64,000 nucleotides of DNA from Amoebophrya sp. A120. Lineage: Eukaryota > Protista > Dinoflagellata. Shown here in pieces: positions 22,101-35,400 of this stretch (positions are counted from its first letter, which is position 1; every line of letters starts with the position of its first letter). Both the position numbers and the translations under genes were made by a program. The notes below the pieces were generated by a model that worked only from the letters and a program-made list of their open reading frames with translations, was not told where the DNA came from and did no database searches. Where the stretch lies: assembly GCA_905178155.1 (NCBI GenBank), contig CAJINV010000003.1, forward strand, positions 11,229,737-11,293,736, given 5' to 3'.

Positions 22101-25100
22101 AAGTCGAAGTGCACGGGGCGGGGGCGGATACTTAATTAAAATTGGCCGGCCTCTGTCGTGTCAAAGTCAACTTCTTTGCATGCCGCCAAAGTTTCGCCAC
22201 CAATCTGTTTTTCTGTGCTCTCGTCATCTGTGCAAGTCTCCCCCTTACAATAAACACAGCCTACAACTGGATTGATTCTTGATTGGCATCTGCTACCGCC
22301 CGGCCGCGGCACTGTAGACATATCTAGTACAGTAACTGCAAAATAAATTATCACTCATGATTGTATGACTACTCAGGTATGAACTTCCCCCGGACTACAT
22401 TCCTGGAGACACATACAGCGAAAATCTCGAGACAGTGCTGCACTGGTTGCTGGCACGAAACCCGGAGAGTCGGTTGACCTCTCGAAATCTGGTCCGCATC
22501 CTGTGGGAATGGGAAGGAAACCCATGCCTAGATCCTACGGAAGACGCCAACACATTGGTGGTTTCGCCCCCCATGGACGTTCTGCAACAGAAGCGGGAAA
22601 AAAGAAAAAAGTGCGTGGACAAGGCACAGCAGCTCTCTGTATCCACAACGAATTTCCAAACACGTACAAAGAACGCCAACGCGAAAACTTTTGCAAGAGC
22701 AAGACAAACCTTGCTATAATATCAATCCCATTCAGTATATGTCAAGCGAGATTCTCTAGAAAGTTGGCGAAGTTTGATGTGATGCGTTTTGTATTATGCA
22801 TCACAAATTGAAAATGTCCGTAGAGCCAACTAGTAATCCCGTTTATTCTAATTATTCTAATTCTAATAGAGCCATAGTAACCCGCGTTACAGGAGTTTTC
22901 ATCTCTCTGATGATGATGATGATGATGATGATGCTGAGCAAATTTGATGTCACGCGATTTCTATATGTTATGCTCATGCGAAAAAAGAGGCAGGCGGACA
23001 GAGGGCAAACAAGAGGTGGCCGGGAGGTCCAAAGATGTGAATGTGAAAAAGAGGCCATTAGAGGTGAAGGTGGCGCGAATAACGGACGACGTCTCGCGCA
23101 CGATCCCAGCCACCCCTGTGGCTCTGTGCCGGATTATTAGCGGGGACCTTCAAAGAGGTCAAAGGGAGGGCCTGCGGGAGATTCGCGAGAACGTAGAAAC
23201 GCAGCAGGCGGGCGCGAATCCGCACGGCGTGGCGCATACTTGGCGCGGCAGGCGACTCGCGGCCTGTGCGCTTCGGCTTTTTTTCGCGCCACCCTCTCGC
23301 GCCAACCTCTCGCGCAACCCTCCCGTGCCACCCTTTCGCACAGAGAAGAGCGGCGCTGGGAAATTGTTGACTGGGGTGGCTTATTTTGACTAGCGAAAAG
23401 CATAGCAGATTGGTGTGGCGTCCAGGTGCCTGTTGTTCAGCCCCAGTGTGCGGGGTAGTTGCTCCCTGTGCAGAGCGCCCACAGGCGCAGGGTGCGCGCA
23501 GATGCTGTGGGCGCATAGATATGCCGCTGCGGTCCGGTCGGTCCCTCTGCAAACACCTCAATCCCGGCCCAACAGCCTTACGCTCCGCTGGTAGCCGGAC
23601 GGAGCATCGCTGGTTTATGCAGGTGCGACGCTTTTGCGATGCATTTTGTATGTGTGCGGAAAAATTTGAATGCATATTTTGGCGCCGTCTACAATCCCGT
23701 CGCGGTAATGAACCTGGTAGAAACGACCTCCGTATCCGCTGCAGATATCTATGTCTGGGCGTAAAAGAATGCAAGACCTGTCACGCTTGGGCACCAAGAG
23801 AGAAAAATTTATCATGCGTGTTGCGCTGCTGCAACCCCAGTTTTGTCATGCAAAAACGCGACTTGTCATGCCATGATTCCGGAAGACAACATAGGCGCCC
23901 AAAAACTTGTCATGCGGAGGTCCGTCTTGTAGATCGGTGGTTGATCTTAAACTGTACCATCCACACACTTGCATCACAACTTTCGTTGAAGAGCCAGACA
24001 CATTTACAGCGCATATTGTGCCTCGTCTCCGGCGAGTCCGGGACGAGGGAAAACCTCTGGGGACGACTATGGATTGCAAGTATGTTCTGTGGCTCTGGCG
24101 GAATAAATGTAACTTGTCACGCAAAGTCTCCAACACAAAAATGCCTGCGTCGCATGAACGCCAAAAGTTTCCCAATTCTCGCTTGGGAAAAGGCGGACTA
24201 CTTCTCATGCGGAATAAGCATGGGGGAAGTCTCGCAAAATCGGTGATGCTTCTGTGTGCAGCATTTTTCCAGACCGTGTGTGACGTGGGAGGTCCTGGAC
24301 GTGGTCCAGCACGAGATGCATGACTACAAGTCTTGTATTCATCTTCCAGACCCAGACAGATTTGCAGTGGATAAGAACGTCGCAGGGAATAGTACTACCA
24401 TGTCCAGCAGCATTCTAACCAACCTCGGCATCGCGACCCGCGGCGCGGAGAAGCTTCGCGGGGTCGCTGCGGGCCGAGACGGCGTCGTGGCGCCGACCCC
24501 TTCCGCCCTCTCGCCACGGAGCCAGGAGAAAAGCCAAAGCGGGGCTGCAACTGGAACTGCGTCAGCGTTTCCCTCCTCGTCGTCCGCTGGGACAACGACG
24601 AAAGACCCGGCGAAAGAAGGTGGCGCCGCCGACGAGATGCAGCGGTTTCGCACGAAAGCTGTCGGCCCCGCAACGGCAACGGAACAGGAGACGTTGGCGA
24701 AAAACAGCGCGAAAGGCCGTGGGAAGAGGTTCAAAGGAGAAGACGACCTCCGAGAGGACAACAGCGAGCCCTCGAGCGCCCCGGCGGTGGACCTGCTCGC
24801 CTACATCAAAGACGAGTCCACCCCCGACTCAAAACCCTACCCTGCCCGCGGAGGCGGCACACGTAGCGGCGCTGGCGCAGGATCAACGGGATGCATCAGC
24901 AACAGCAAGGAATCGTGGGTCGCGGACTTTGGGCAACAAGGTCCGACCGACACGAAGAACGCAACGACGAGCCCCGAGGACCTCCTAGTCGCACCTTCGG
25001 TAGGAGGAGCCGCTTCCTCCTCATCTAGTACGGCACCAGGAGGAAGTGCTGGCGCGGCCGTCGACGACTTCCTGTATCCTGTGTAAAAACGCCCCCATTG

Positions 25101-26254
25101 ACATTCCAGACATCTTGTGATATTTGCATGCTCAGGATGTGCTGAATGTCTGTCATGCAGCGCAGCCCCATCCAGAGCTTTTTCTGATGCATGGGGATTT
25201 GGAATTTGTCAACATGGTGGAATCAGGATAAGGCGATCGATTTCTTGTGATGCGGCTTTACTAGTACCGCTAAGCACGACAACGCTGGAAGCAGGAAGCG
25301 CAAACGTATCACGCGCAAGACAAGCCTGTGGAGCTCATTAATAGCCAAGCCTTGCTGATTTGTGTAGCGAAAAAGCGCCCACCTTGACTCTGGGGTCCTC
25401 GTCGGGACGGTTTTACACACAGTATCCTGTTTGACGGCTTCAACATCCCAGCGGGAGACCATCAAGCGCGTGCAGCCACGGAGCCCAGTGATCGCAGACT
25501 CAAGCGACATCTCCAAGCCGGCACCGGCGACGGCGGGGACCTCTTCTCTGGCGGCGGTGGCGCTTCCAGTTCGTCCTCCATCAGGATGCCTCCTAGTGAA
25601 ATAACAGAAGGACTTTTTAATCCAAGCAACAACAGCGGGGCGGTAGCTTCTACTCACAGGGAGGGCCCATCTTCTTCGAGATCTACCGCGGGAGGAGCTG
25701 TAGTCGTGCCACCAGCACCACCACGACGAAACTTCGATGCGTTGCATCACGTGGATTCGGTATTAGCAGCCGAGAGCGCGGACCGAGCTGGACGAGAAGC
25801 AAACTTGTTTGCGGATCTGGAGCCCCCGATTCGCGGCGTTTCTCCCTCGCCGATTCGTGGCGCGGACGACCACGCCTCCGGCGCAGCGCCGTCATTGATA
25901 CAACACCTCGACGGCGGCGCAGCACAAACGACTGACACTGCCCTTGCATCATCCCGGCCGGCACCTCCCGCGTCGCACGGAGGCAGTGTTCATTTTGCCA
26001 GCACGGGCAAGAACTCAATGAGTAACAAGAACTTCTTGCCTAATCAACGATCCACCTCCGACTCTGCGTCACTTCCAAAGACCGGCGACGCGACTTCTGG
26101 TACCTCCCCGTCGGCTTCTGCACTCCCGGCAGAGCTCAGGCCCTCACTCTCCAAAAGAGATCCCTTCCAGGTGGATTTTTTCAGTTCTGCTGCAACGACA
26201 AATGGACAGCGAGACCGCGACAAGCTTTTTGATGACATTGACATTTTTAAGTAA
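19140..26254 (+). CDS. NAK-family (AAK1/GAK/BIKE-like) Ser/Thr kinase with long low-complexity tail; exons 19140-19179, 19571-19621, 20108-20217, 20574-20984, 21165-21328, 22377-~22714, 23682-23732, 24021-24067, 24379-25074, 25430-26254
   Basis: LAEGGFAFV, YALKKM, HKNIV, PPVVHQDLKVENILL, KLCDFGS, TMMYRPPEM, DQWQVGCILYTLMFYKQPF. Three canonical GT-AG introns (20218-20573, 20985-21164, 21329-22376). Confidence 0.9.
19180..19565. mobile_element. Introner, family B, left end tandemly duplicated
   Basis: tatggcaatgtcagg / cctggcgtttccata; flanks ggtct/gctgt; removal gives FRKVYTFP. Confidence 0.85.
19622..20102. mobile_element. Introner inside the kinase Gly-rich loop
   Basis: Degenerate ~60-bp TIR (actgc..tgcccc..tgcaaagt.ttt..tgcagc); flanks cgaag/cgtgg; 486-nt removal restores LAEGGFAFV. 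Confidence 0.9.
21391..22332. mobile_element. TA-flanked TIR element (Tc1/mariner-MITE-like) inside a canonical intron
   Basis: ta|ctgt..ctataggtcgcggtcggcggtggc versus gctaccgcccggccgcggcactgtag..acag|ta. Confidence 0.6.
22715..23676. mobile_element. Composite family-A introner with duplicated or nested left ends (alternative start 22792 with perfect TTTTG duplication)
   Basis: Right end atttgaatgcata; left-end motifs at 22715-22790 and 22792. The exact donor is unresolved. Confidence 0.55.
23733..24015. mobile_element. Introner, family A
   Basis: tatccgctgcagatatctatgtctggg / ccagacacatttacagcgcata; flanks ctccg/ttgtg; 288-nt removal is in frame. Confidence 0.8.
24068..24373. mobile_element. 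Introner, family A
   Basis: tatggattgcaagtatgttctg / ccagacccagacagatttgcagtggata; flanks acgac/agaac; 311-nt removal gives SGDD|VAGN. Confidence 0.85.
25075..25424. mobile_element. Introner, family C (TIR TATCCTnnGTAAAAACG)
   Basis: Perfect TCCTG duplication; 355-nt removal joins ORF 24256 to ORF 25586 (DDFL|FDGF). Confidence 0.9.
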
Positions 26255-27371
26255 AGACACAACAAAAGCTGCCGCTGCTTCCATCTTCATACTTCATCTG
26301 TGCTTGTTGCTACAAGTACCATAGTACAACAAGAACGAACCTGCTGCCAATAAATCGAAAGCAACCTCTCGCAGATTCAAGATCACGATGAAGAACTCAC
26401 AAACCACTTCCAATTGCGTGCCGGTGAAGATTTTTAGACGTTGCTGTTGTTGCGCCCCCGGCGGTGTACATGGATTCAGAAACAATAAATTTCAATTATT
26501 ACGCGGCTTATATATGATATTATCTTAGTATCTTCACGCAAAGAGAACGAGGGGCCTCGCGCGCATGTCGTCCAGTGGATCCATGGATTGATATATGGAC
26601 CATTTCCATTTCATTTTCCAGCGATCTCAATCTTTGCAGCAACGTCGACTTAAGCCATGGCACAGAAAAGAACGTGGTGCGGCCGCGCTGGCGAGTATGG
26701 ATCAATGTGAAGATTGTTATGTTTTTGTTGGCCTTGCTCGTTCATGATATTCATACATGCTGCATGTATTTGATCATAAAGTCTCTGCCTTGCCATGTCC
26801 AATCGCGCGCATCGGTTTGGAGTGTTGACTTTGACGCGCATCTTGTAGTATCGTTCGCGAAGTAGATCATGATCACACCTCCGTCACCGTCTTCGAAGAA
26901 AAATCAATAGGGGGACACGATCTGGAGCCCAACAAGATGATACCAGCAGAACAGAAGCAGCAGGTCTTGTTCGGCGATGAGATGTATTTAGATGAAATAG
27001 TTTGAGTTTCCGGATACTTTCGTACAACTGAAAAGTTAATTATAATTTCCAGTGTAGTTGAACAAGGTGACTTGTTCATCGAGACGCGAGAGGTTCTGGC
27101 ACCTCACCGCCATCCGACCGCTAAGATACTTAGATTAAATAAAAGCTCCAACGACAAAGCGAAAAGCTCGAATAAAAAGATGGCATCTTCGGCCTTTGAA
27201 AGTTGGCGTCAGGAGCGAGTCGCTCGCGGGCTCGAACGTTTGGTCGTTTAGTATGAAGAGAAAAAAGTTTGCCGCTGACACTGCCAATAACTTTTTGCAG
27301 GTTTTCTAGTATGCCAGTTTTTTCTTGCGTCACACACACACCGTCGTCTTGTATTTCAGAAACCGCAGATC

Positions 27372-28971
27372 ATGGGACTTCGTGTATAGAGCTTATTAAC
27401 TTAACCGATAGTATAATTTGATTTGTAACACGAGTTTTTTTTAAAAATTGCGAAGAAAGATGCCATTCCAATGACATTAAGGAACCTGCGCAAGCTTTTT
27501 TCATGTATACTTACACATTGCAGAATATGACAGTGTTACGAGGTTTGCAATCGACAATGTTAAATGCATAAAATCGACACTACTTCCATTTGGTCTTGCT
27601 CTTGTTCGAGCCCCAAATACCAATTCAAATTTCAAGTGGTGCATGACAAGTTTTGTGAGCACCCGAGGCCAAGAAATCCTATTGCTCTTTGTCATAGTGT
27701 TAGTGTTTGGGCAAGGAAGACCACTTCGCTTCTCGTTCTATCCAACACCAAACAGGCTCACGATTGGTTTCGCCTGCCTGCGCTCAAATACATGCTGGCA
27801 CTCTGCGCCTTGCATTTTATGCGTGACCACGGCTTATTTCAACTTTGTCGATTTCAAGCCTGACGATTCCACACAAAACAGCGTCGCGAGCGTCAATTTG
27901 GACAGTGACAGCAATGTGAAAGAAGCCACAACTTGGGCCCATAATTACGTCAACGAAGCAGGATATCAATTGCAAATATCATCACGGTGTCTGAAAGTTT
28001 GGCGTGCAGGTGTTGCATGGCTCAAAAGATATGCTGGAATACGCATTGGCCGAATGTCACAGGTTTTGCGAGAGCTTTGGCTTTTTTACAATGCCTACTC
28101 TGAATGAGAACTCGTCTGCTCGCAACGTGGCCAAAAATGGACAGCTTCTGGTCCTCATGCACGTTGACAGGAGTTTCCGCGACCATTGAAAAAGAGCATC
28201 ACAAGTTCGCGATCGATGCAGGGCGGGATCTGGATCTGCGCCGGCGACTGCTGGCAGTATCGTATCCAACTAACCAACCAACAAGTTTGCCACTTTCCAG
28301 ACCCACCGGACACAGATATTTGCACTTCATACGGCAGAGGGGACGGCGGAGTCAGCGAACCTGAAAAGCAATGTTTTGCTAGCGAAGGGTAGCCTTGTGC
28401 AGAAGTTCCTTATGTATTGCAAGTATGTCTGGGAGGTCTGGAAACTTGCTAGAACAAAACTCACCATTCTTGGCGTTGGCTGCCAAGTGAGAATAAATAT
28501 CTGTCATGCGTATGGCGAAACAGTCAGTGCCATCTGTTTGCCATGCGATGCAAACGCGACTTGTCATGATCTGGCCTCGGGACGAAGACATAGCCGCTCA
28601 TAACGCTCATCAAAACCCTGTCACGCGTGGGCGGTCCGTAGCCGTACTATTACAGAGGTTTTTATCATCCAGCACACGTTTGCAGGAAGACCAAGACATA
28701 GAATTTGCAGGTGATTTTCTTCTTGCACGCGCAAAACAAAAAAGCGACTTTCTTCGAGTGTAGTTTTGACAAATTTGTCACCGCCGCTACCAGGGCCCTG
28801 GAACACTTCGACGTAGATACTCCACAGAAAATCCTAGCGACGTTGTGTCATAACAATTCCAAGTCCGGCATTGTAAATATATTTCGACTATTTCTATACG
28901 AAAAGGCAAAAACAAATACTCATCAGGGGATCAGGGACGGGGTAATTTGTCGTGCTTACATCCGCCTGTAA
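27372..28971 (+). CDS. Hypothetical protein hidden by three introners; exons ~27445-27525, 27879-27963, 28337-28410, 28722-28971 (start uncertain)
   Basis: Three successive element+5-bp removals give one continuous frame ...FFMYTYTLQNSVASV...NEAGEGTAES...VQKFLHAQNKKATFF...RAYIRL*. No domain recognised. Confidence 0.65.
27526..27873. mobile_element. Introner, family B
   Basis: Right TIR nearly identical to 16441-16498; flanks cagaa/caaaa. Confidence 0.85.
27964..28331. mobile_element. Introner, family A
   Basis: tatcaattgcaaatatc / gatatttgcacttcata; flanks cagga/cggca; interior homologous to the 33411 and 34131 copies. Confidence 0.85.
28411..28716. mobile_element. Introner, family A
   Basis: tatgtattgcaagtatgtct / agacatagaatttgcaggtgatt; flanks ttcct/ttctt; 311-nt removal is in frame. 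Confidence 0.8.
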
Positions 28972-29409
28972 CTGCTGCATGCTGTAGGGTCTTCACTCGT
29001 AGCGAGTACTTACTTTTTGTTTTTGTGTAGTATGGTGAGTACTCGGACTACGAATCTCGTAGTCACTTTGTTTTACATACAATAAAAAACAAAGTTATTG
29101 ATGCGCACCTGCTGCACGAACCCTGGCGCCACGGCCAACCGCCGTTAGAGCCACCGGTTCTTGGGGCTCGCGTCGTTGCGCACTCGTGTCCGACAAATCA
29201 ACCTAGCCACGTGCCGATAACGCCGGCCCTAATGAGTTGAAGACTACTTCTATCCGCATCCGCCTAAGAATGGGCGCGCCGGTCTTCTCTAGTAGGCCCG
29301 CTGTCGGACCTTGACCTTGTAGCTCCTCCTGCCAGCGCTATTTTGTTTTGATATGACGCGCTAGTTTTTCTTTTTCTGTGCGATAGAAGAGACAGGGGTC
29401 TACGGCACT

Positions 29410-32400
29410 TTGCAGCTGCTTTTTACGCTGTCGGCGCAGCCCTTAGCGGTCCCGGGTTCCATGGTGCCTGCGCTGCAAAATCTGCGGTACCGTCGCGGTC
29501 AAGGGCTGAAGGCGGAGAGGATTCAAAAGTCGTGCGAAGCTACCAATGTCGCGCCCTTGCACGAAGAAGCACATGATCCCCTTTGTATGGATGTGTCAGG
29601 ATCGCAATCGACAAGATCGAAAAACTTGCGATGCATAAAATATAGGGCACTGAAGGCCTGTATTGGGGAGCAGGCAAATGAGACCGATTGTAAGCCTGTT
29701 TAGGGGTATGCAATGTGCTGCCAGAGTAGCATGACAGGAGCAGTCTGCTTTGCCCAAGCAGCACGACAAACTGGATTTAGGTGCTCCCGAAGTTTGTCAT
29801 GCGCCACTTGCAAGCTGAAGCTCCAACTGACATCGTCATCGATTTTGTGCATCGCAAATTTTCCGACTTTGTCAATTTTGACTCTGCCACTTCCATACTT
29901 TGGCGCGAAGACGTAGAAAGCGTCTCCTCGACGAGCAGCGGGGCGTCGACGAGTGACTCCTTGCTTTTCTCAAGCGACGAAATCGATTCCAATCGCCGGT
30001 TTCTCGGCGAAGCTGAAGCTAGGCGCAGGCCCTCCCTCGGCTCGGATCCCTCAGAACACTTTTTTATCAAACACACGCCGTGCCCACGCCACCAGCAGCA
30101 GCAGCGACGAGAGGGAGGCCGCAGAAGGACTGCTCGTCAGCATGATGTAGTCTCTGGTCGTGTAGTTGCACACGATCATATTATGTTGCGGAGCAAAAGC
30201 GTCCCCACGGGTCGTGCGGCTCGAGCCGAGCTTGTGGAACCCCGACGGCAGACGCTGTCAGCCCCCAGACATACGCGCGACGCAATGTTGGAAATGCCAA
30301 CAAATGGCCTCGTAGGCTAATATCTAGTTCTCTCTACTCTGCAACGAGGACGTGAGTTCTCTAGTGATTTTCTTCAAAATTTGAGGCTTCTCTGTGCTCT
30401 ATCTCCTTGGTCTCGTCCAGTATGTAAAACGTTCCAGAGTCAACTTAACTCTGGAACGTTTAGCAACACAATAAATCAGAAGTTTTGGGAGTCCTCGCGC
30501 TTGAACAGTTCCTCGTCTCTGTAGTGGTGTAGTACAGGAGTTGTTCTTTAGCAAGGACAGCCGGCTCACAAAGCCATCTCCTTGTCCTCTTTACCGCACT
30601 GTGCCAAAGCATATGCCTCTCATCATGGCGGGGTTGCGAATTACCAATGTTCCACATCCACTTCCACCAGTTGCAGATCTGCATGACAGCCCTGGGGTGG
30701 GGACACTTTTGCTCATGATGCACGAAGCTGGTCGTGCCGCGACGCGGGCGACAACGAGAACAAGAAGAAGAACGACCGGCGCAAAACTAGAAGAAGGCGT
30801 ACGGGTGCGTCGTCTTGTTCACTCTGAAAAGCAAGAAGGGGAGGAAGAAGAAGAAGAAGTAGACGGAAGCGCATGCGCATACAAGAAGAAGAAGCTGCAA
30901 CATGAAGATGCCAGTTCTGGCGCAGACTTGCTCCTCTTTGACGCATTCGAGCGACAGGTCGTGCAACTGGGATGCAGCAACCAGCGTGACTTGCAGAGAC
31001 GACCACGTGGGGATCTACTACCTTCTACTTGTACTTCCGAGGATTTGGCAAAAACAGCTGCAAACTCGCTGGGTTCCGTGTTCGGCAGGGCAGAGCTAGA
31101 AAAGGTTTTCACCCGGGGTGGAGCAAGGGACGTCGGAGCAGGCCGCTTGCTGTCTTCCTGTATTCATCGTTGGTCCTCCATTATCGCCGAGTTGCGGGCT
31201 CTGGCGTATTGCCTATGCGAAGATGGTGCGTCCGCTGTTGCTCATTTGTGGAACGAGAAGAAGCTGTGCCTAGCGAACCTGCCGTCCCTGCTCAATGGTC
31301 ACGCCACCCGTCATTTAAACGAGAATCACGACCCACAACTTTTTCGAGCGGTACACGATGACTCATCTTCGGGAGATGAAACTCGTGGCACCACGTGTCT
31401 ACAAGAAGGTAGCTACTGCGAGGAAAAATCAAAATTCCCATACTGGAAATGCAAATGTATGCTTCTGAAATAATATAAATTTGTGATGCGGAAGATTTGG
31501 GGCCCTGGCGCTGGCCACAAATGAAATAATCGTCTCTGTATTGCAAGAAGGCCACTCCAGAGAGCCCGCCAATTTGTAGCTGTTACGCAGAAGGCTCGTA
31601 ATGATTTAGGGCCTACACCGGAGACGCCTGCCATACTAAGTGCCTGCAGCCCCTCCTAGTGGAAGACAGGGCTTGTTCATGGACACAACTCCCGCGGCAT
31701 GATAGATTTTCATTTTATTGTGGGAAGGGGGGGCTTTTCGTCTTGATAGTAGCTGGCGAGCTCTGGGGGCACGCCTCACAATATCCAGTACAAATAAAAG
31801 TATTGCGCTCTATATGATCATGAAAATGAATTGCAGCTGTACATGACAAGTTTGGTTTCCTTTTCCTACCCAATCTCCATTTACGATGTCTTCTTGAGAA
31901 ATTTTGTTAAATGCGATTTATGCTAGTGCGATATTCTTGCAATGCATACACCACGCTCATAGCCGATTTTGAAGGCGCTCCGCTGCAGGAAGGCAAGGCT
32001 GCGAGACCATCCACGAGCAGACACCTCCAGGGACATCAAGAACAGGGAAAGAGTCTTCAGGGGCTCCTGCGCAGGCTACGCTCCTGCCGAAACAGCATTC
32101 GACCGCTCGCGCAGTTGCACAGTCTGCTCAGCGACGTATTTACGAAGCTCAATGAGTGCCAAGAATCTGGGCTCCAGCGTGACCGTGGCCACGGCGCGGA
32201 ATTGCTGCTGTTCCGTAGCCTGAATGCAGTTATGCGGACAGGGTGTGGTGTACCCCTCCCCCTCGCGGGCTCATCAAAAACTGGAGGGGCGGCGCTGAAT
32301 GGCGCGTGGCGTAGTACGCTCGAGGCACACCAAAAGGACCTCAACCTCTGGAACAGGTTCGCAACTTGCTCAAGCTGGACCTCACCAAGAACGGATCGCG

Positions 32401-35400
32401 TAAAAGCAACAAGGGCGGTGTTTGGAGCCGCTGCGTGCAAGGCGGGCGATCTCGTCGCTCTGCGCTTGCGACTCGATGCAGCGTGTCGCGTGGACCCTTT
32501 CCAGGTGGAGTTGCGTTTTGATTTAGATGGTGGTGGAAAGAACTTCGATGCTGAGTCGTCGCCCCGTGCGGTAGAGCGCCTCTCCAACAACAATGACGAT
32601 GCCTCCGAGACGGCCGAGACCAGGACGGCCGGCCCGACATCGAGAACCGATCATGATGAGGCGCATTTCTTTTCTCGCGACGCGAGTGAAGATGCCAGTC
32701 TGCTTCTTCTGCCGCAGGCAATGCGGCTGCAGGAGGAGACGTGCGTGAGCATCTTGCGAGGCGCGCAATTGTGTGCGCGTGTGCAAAGTCAGCAACTGTT
32801 GTCGATGTTAATGCATCCCCGACACGGGCCGCTCCGCATCGCTCTGCGCGCACTGCAGCTGTTGGCGCTTTGCCAGCACGCAGAATTGACGGACCGGCTT
32901 TCCGCACTGGTGGCCTCAGACACCTTGACCACCGTGAACCTGCAGAAAACGGTGCGGACTTTCTTGCTAGAAACGTGGCCGATCGGGGGTGGACTAGAAC
33001 TAGATCGAAGCCTCCCTAGCGCGACTCGAACCGCCATGACGCAATGTGATTATCAAATGCAAATGCGTCATCTGGGTCTGGAAAACAAGTGGAAGCTGTG
33101 ATGCGGATTCTGGAACAGGCAAAGATTTGTCATGCGTGGTCAGCAAAAGTAGCTCACTGCTCGTCTTCAAAATCTGGGATTATTTCTCATGCGGGATACG
33201 TATTGGGAAACCTCGTCAGAACCTGTGACGTCATTGCTTGCAACATGCCCGAAGAGATTCTGGGTCATGCAAAAACATCATGACAAAGGAGACGGAAAGC
33301 CCACACGCTTCCAGACGCAGCGATAATATTTGCGATGCATACAACTGATGACGATGAATGGATCTTGACAACGCAACGACTGAGGGAGAGGATGGCTCTG
33401 GAAGTGTGCGTACCAAATGCAAATATTTCTGGATCTGGAAGATTGATTCTGCAATTTGGCCATGCATTTTTTGGGTCACGCAGATTGATGCTTTGGAAAA
33501 ATTCGAGCAAGAGCATAACAAGTTTTGTTCGTGTCTCATCTTGGTGCCTATCCTGGTGCATGAGAAGCTCGTTACTCGCGTAGCAAAAAGTGGAGCACAG
33601 CTGTTGGCGTTCATGCAACACGCATTCTTGCGCAGAACAGTAGAGTTTGTGTGACGAATTCATCGGATAACTCTTCCACACCTCCCAGGAGACATATTAG
33701 CAATGCATAGCGCGCAAGCCATCTCGTGGTGGTGGACCTGCTGCAGGAAGAGCATGAACGTGCTGAAAGACATGAAAAAGAAAAGATGCAGAGCCGGGGC
33801 GTTGATGCACGAATCAATGCGACGCAGGCGGCACCGGGACCGGGACCGGCAGGCAAAAATGGTGATTTAATTACGCGGAGCATTTACAACAACTGCCTTC
33901 CTCGGCAGAGATACCGATTTCAGTGGCAGTTCCTCGACGCGGCAGAGCCGCATAGCCATCGAGGAGAGGATGGTAATTTTCCGACTCAAGTGCAGGACCG
34001 CGCTCGGATCAGAGCAGAAACAAAGCCAGTGAAAGTTGCTGGCACAACAGCAAACGACCTTAGAATGCGTTGTCCCAGCACGGTTAAAGCGGGAGCTTTG
34101 AACTGCTCAATCCCGGGTTTCTTTTCGCCGTATCACTTGTAAGTGTGTCTGGCTCTGGAAGATTGCTCAAGTTTCTCATGCATGTTTTGGAGGACATAGA
34201 AGAAGAAGATGCAGGAGCTCTGGAATGCACACAAAAGCATCACAAGTTTTGTTCAACTCTCTTGATGCCGATCAACCTGCATGAGAAGTTGAAGTTCATC
34301 GCTATTTGCGTAGTAAAAAGTGGACAACTTTTGGCGTTCATGCAGCGTGAATTTTTGAGTAATCCAGAGCTTGCATGACGCCACTCACTCTAGAAGAGGA
34401 CCACCCAGAGGACATATTTGCGATGCATAGGCCGATGCAGATGGACATGTACTCGCGCTGCTTCAGTTTCCTGCTCGAGCTCAAGGGCGCTCGCAAATTG
34501 CTACAGCAGGCGCACTTCTTCCTGTACAACAAGAATTCCAGCAGCACGTCGGCCAGACAGAACAGGAACACCCATGTAGGAGAGCGTCGCAGTGCGCAGC
34601 CGGCGGTGAACTCCTTTGGATTTGGCTCGCATATGCATTGCAAATTCATTGTCTGGGTCTGGAGTGATGCAACCTGCAGCGACGCGACTACGTTTGGATT
34701 CTACATGTTGAGATCTGTCTTGCATACACAGCAAGAAAGATCCAGCTCTTTGCGACGCCGACGCGGAGAGGGCATTTCTCATGCAGTATGGGCATCAGAA
34801 AGTCCTCGCAGGGTCTGTGATGCTACGGCATGCATCACAGACAGAGACATCATGGGAGGTGGTCATGCATAATCTGCATGACAAGCGTCTGCATTCTTCC
34901 TCGAGAGGACCCAGACATATTTGCATTTGATGTCGCACCCCCGCACGCAATTGCTGTTGCAGCAGGACGAGCACCACGTGTTGCAAGATGCACACCTGTT
35001 GCGGTCCGAGATGTTGCATTTTGTGCAAGGCCTCGAGTCCGCGCTTAGCATGCGCGTAGCGGCTTGCATCGACACCTTCGACAAAAACGCGGCAGCAGGA
35101 ATCTCCATGTTTAATAGTTCGGCCGAGACGAGCACGAGCAGTTCTGGTACGATCCGCTCTAGCAGCAGGCGCGCCAGGAGCCGAAATCCTTTGTCGCTTG
35201 TTTCCCGTCCTCAAAGCCACATGGTTGTGGAAAGGGAGGCCAAGAGCAACACACGCCCCCTCTCAAAGCTAACGGAGGCAAAGAGCTCATCCCAGACTGG
35301 TGGGTGCCGCACTCCCAGTACTTCTTACAGCAGGTGGGAATCTTCGTCTGCGCCTGGAGGCACAGCTGGAGCTGCCTCCCCGTCCTATCTTCGTGCATAT

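Noticed and set aside
31441-31948. Single family-A introner (flanks tccca/cacca)
   Set aside because: Element+5 removal hits a stop. An internal exon (~31540-31650) is likely, so the pairing is unresolved and it was excluded from counts.
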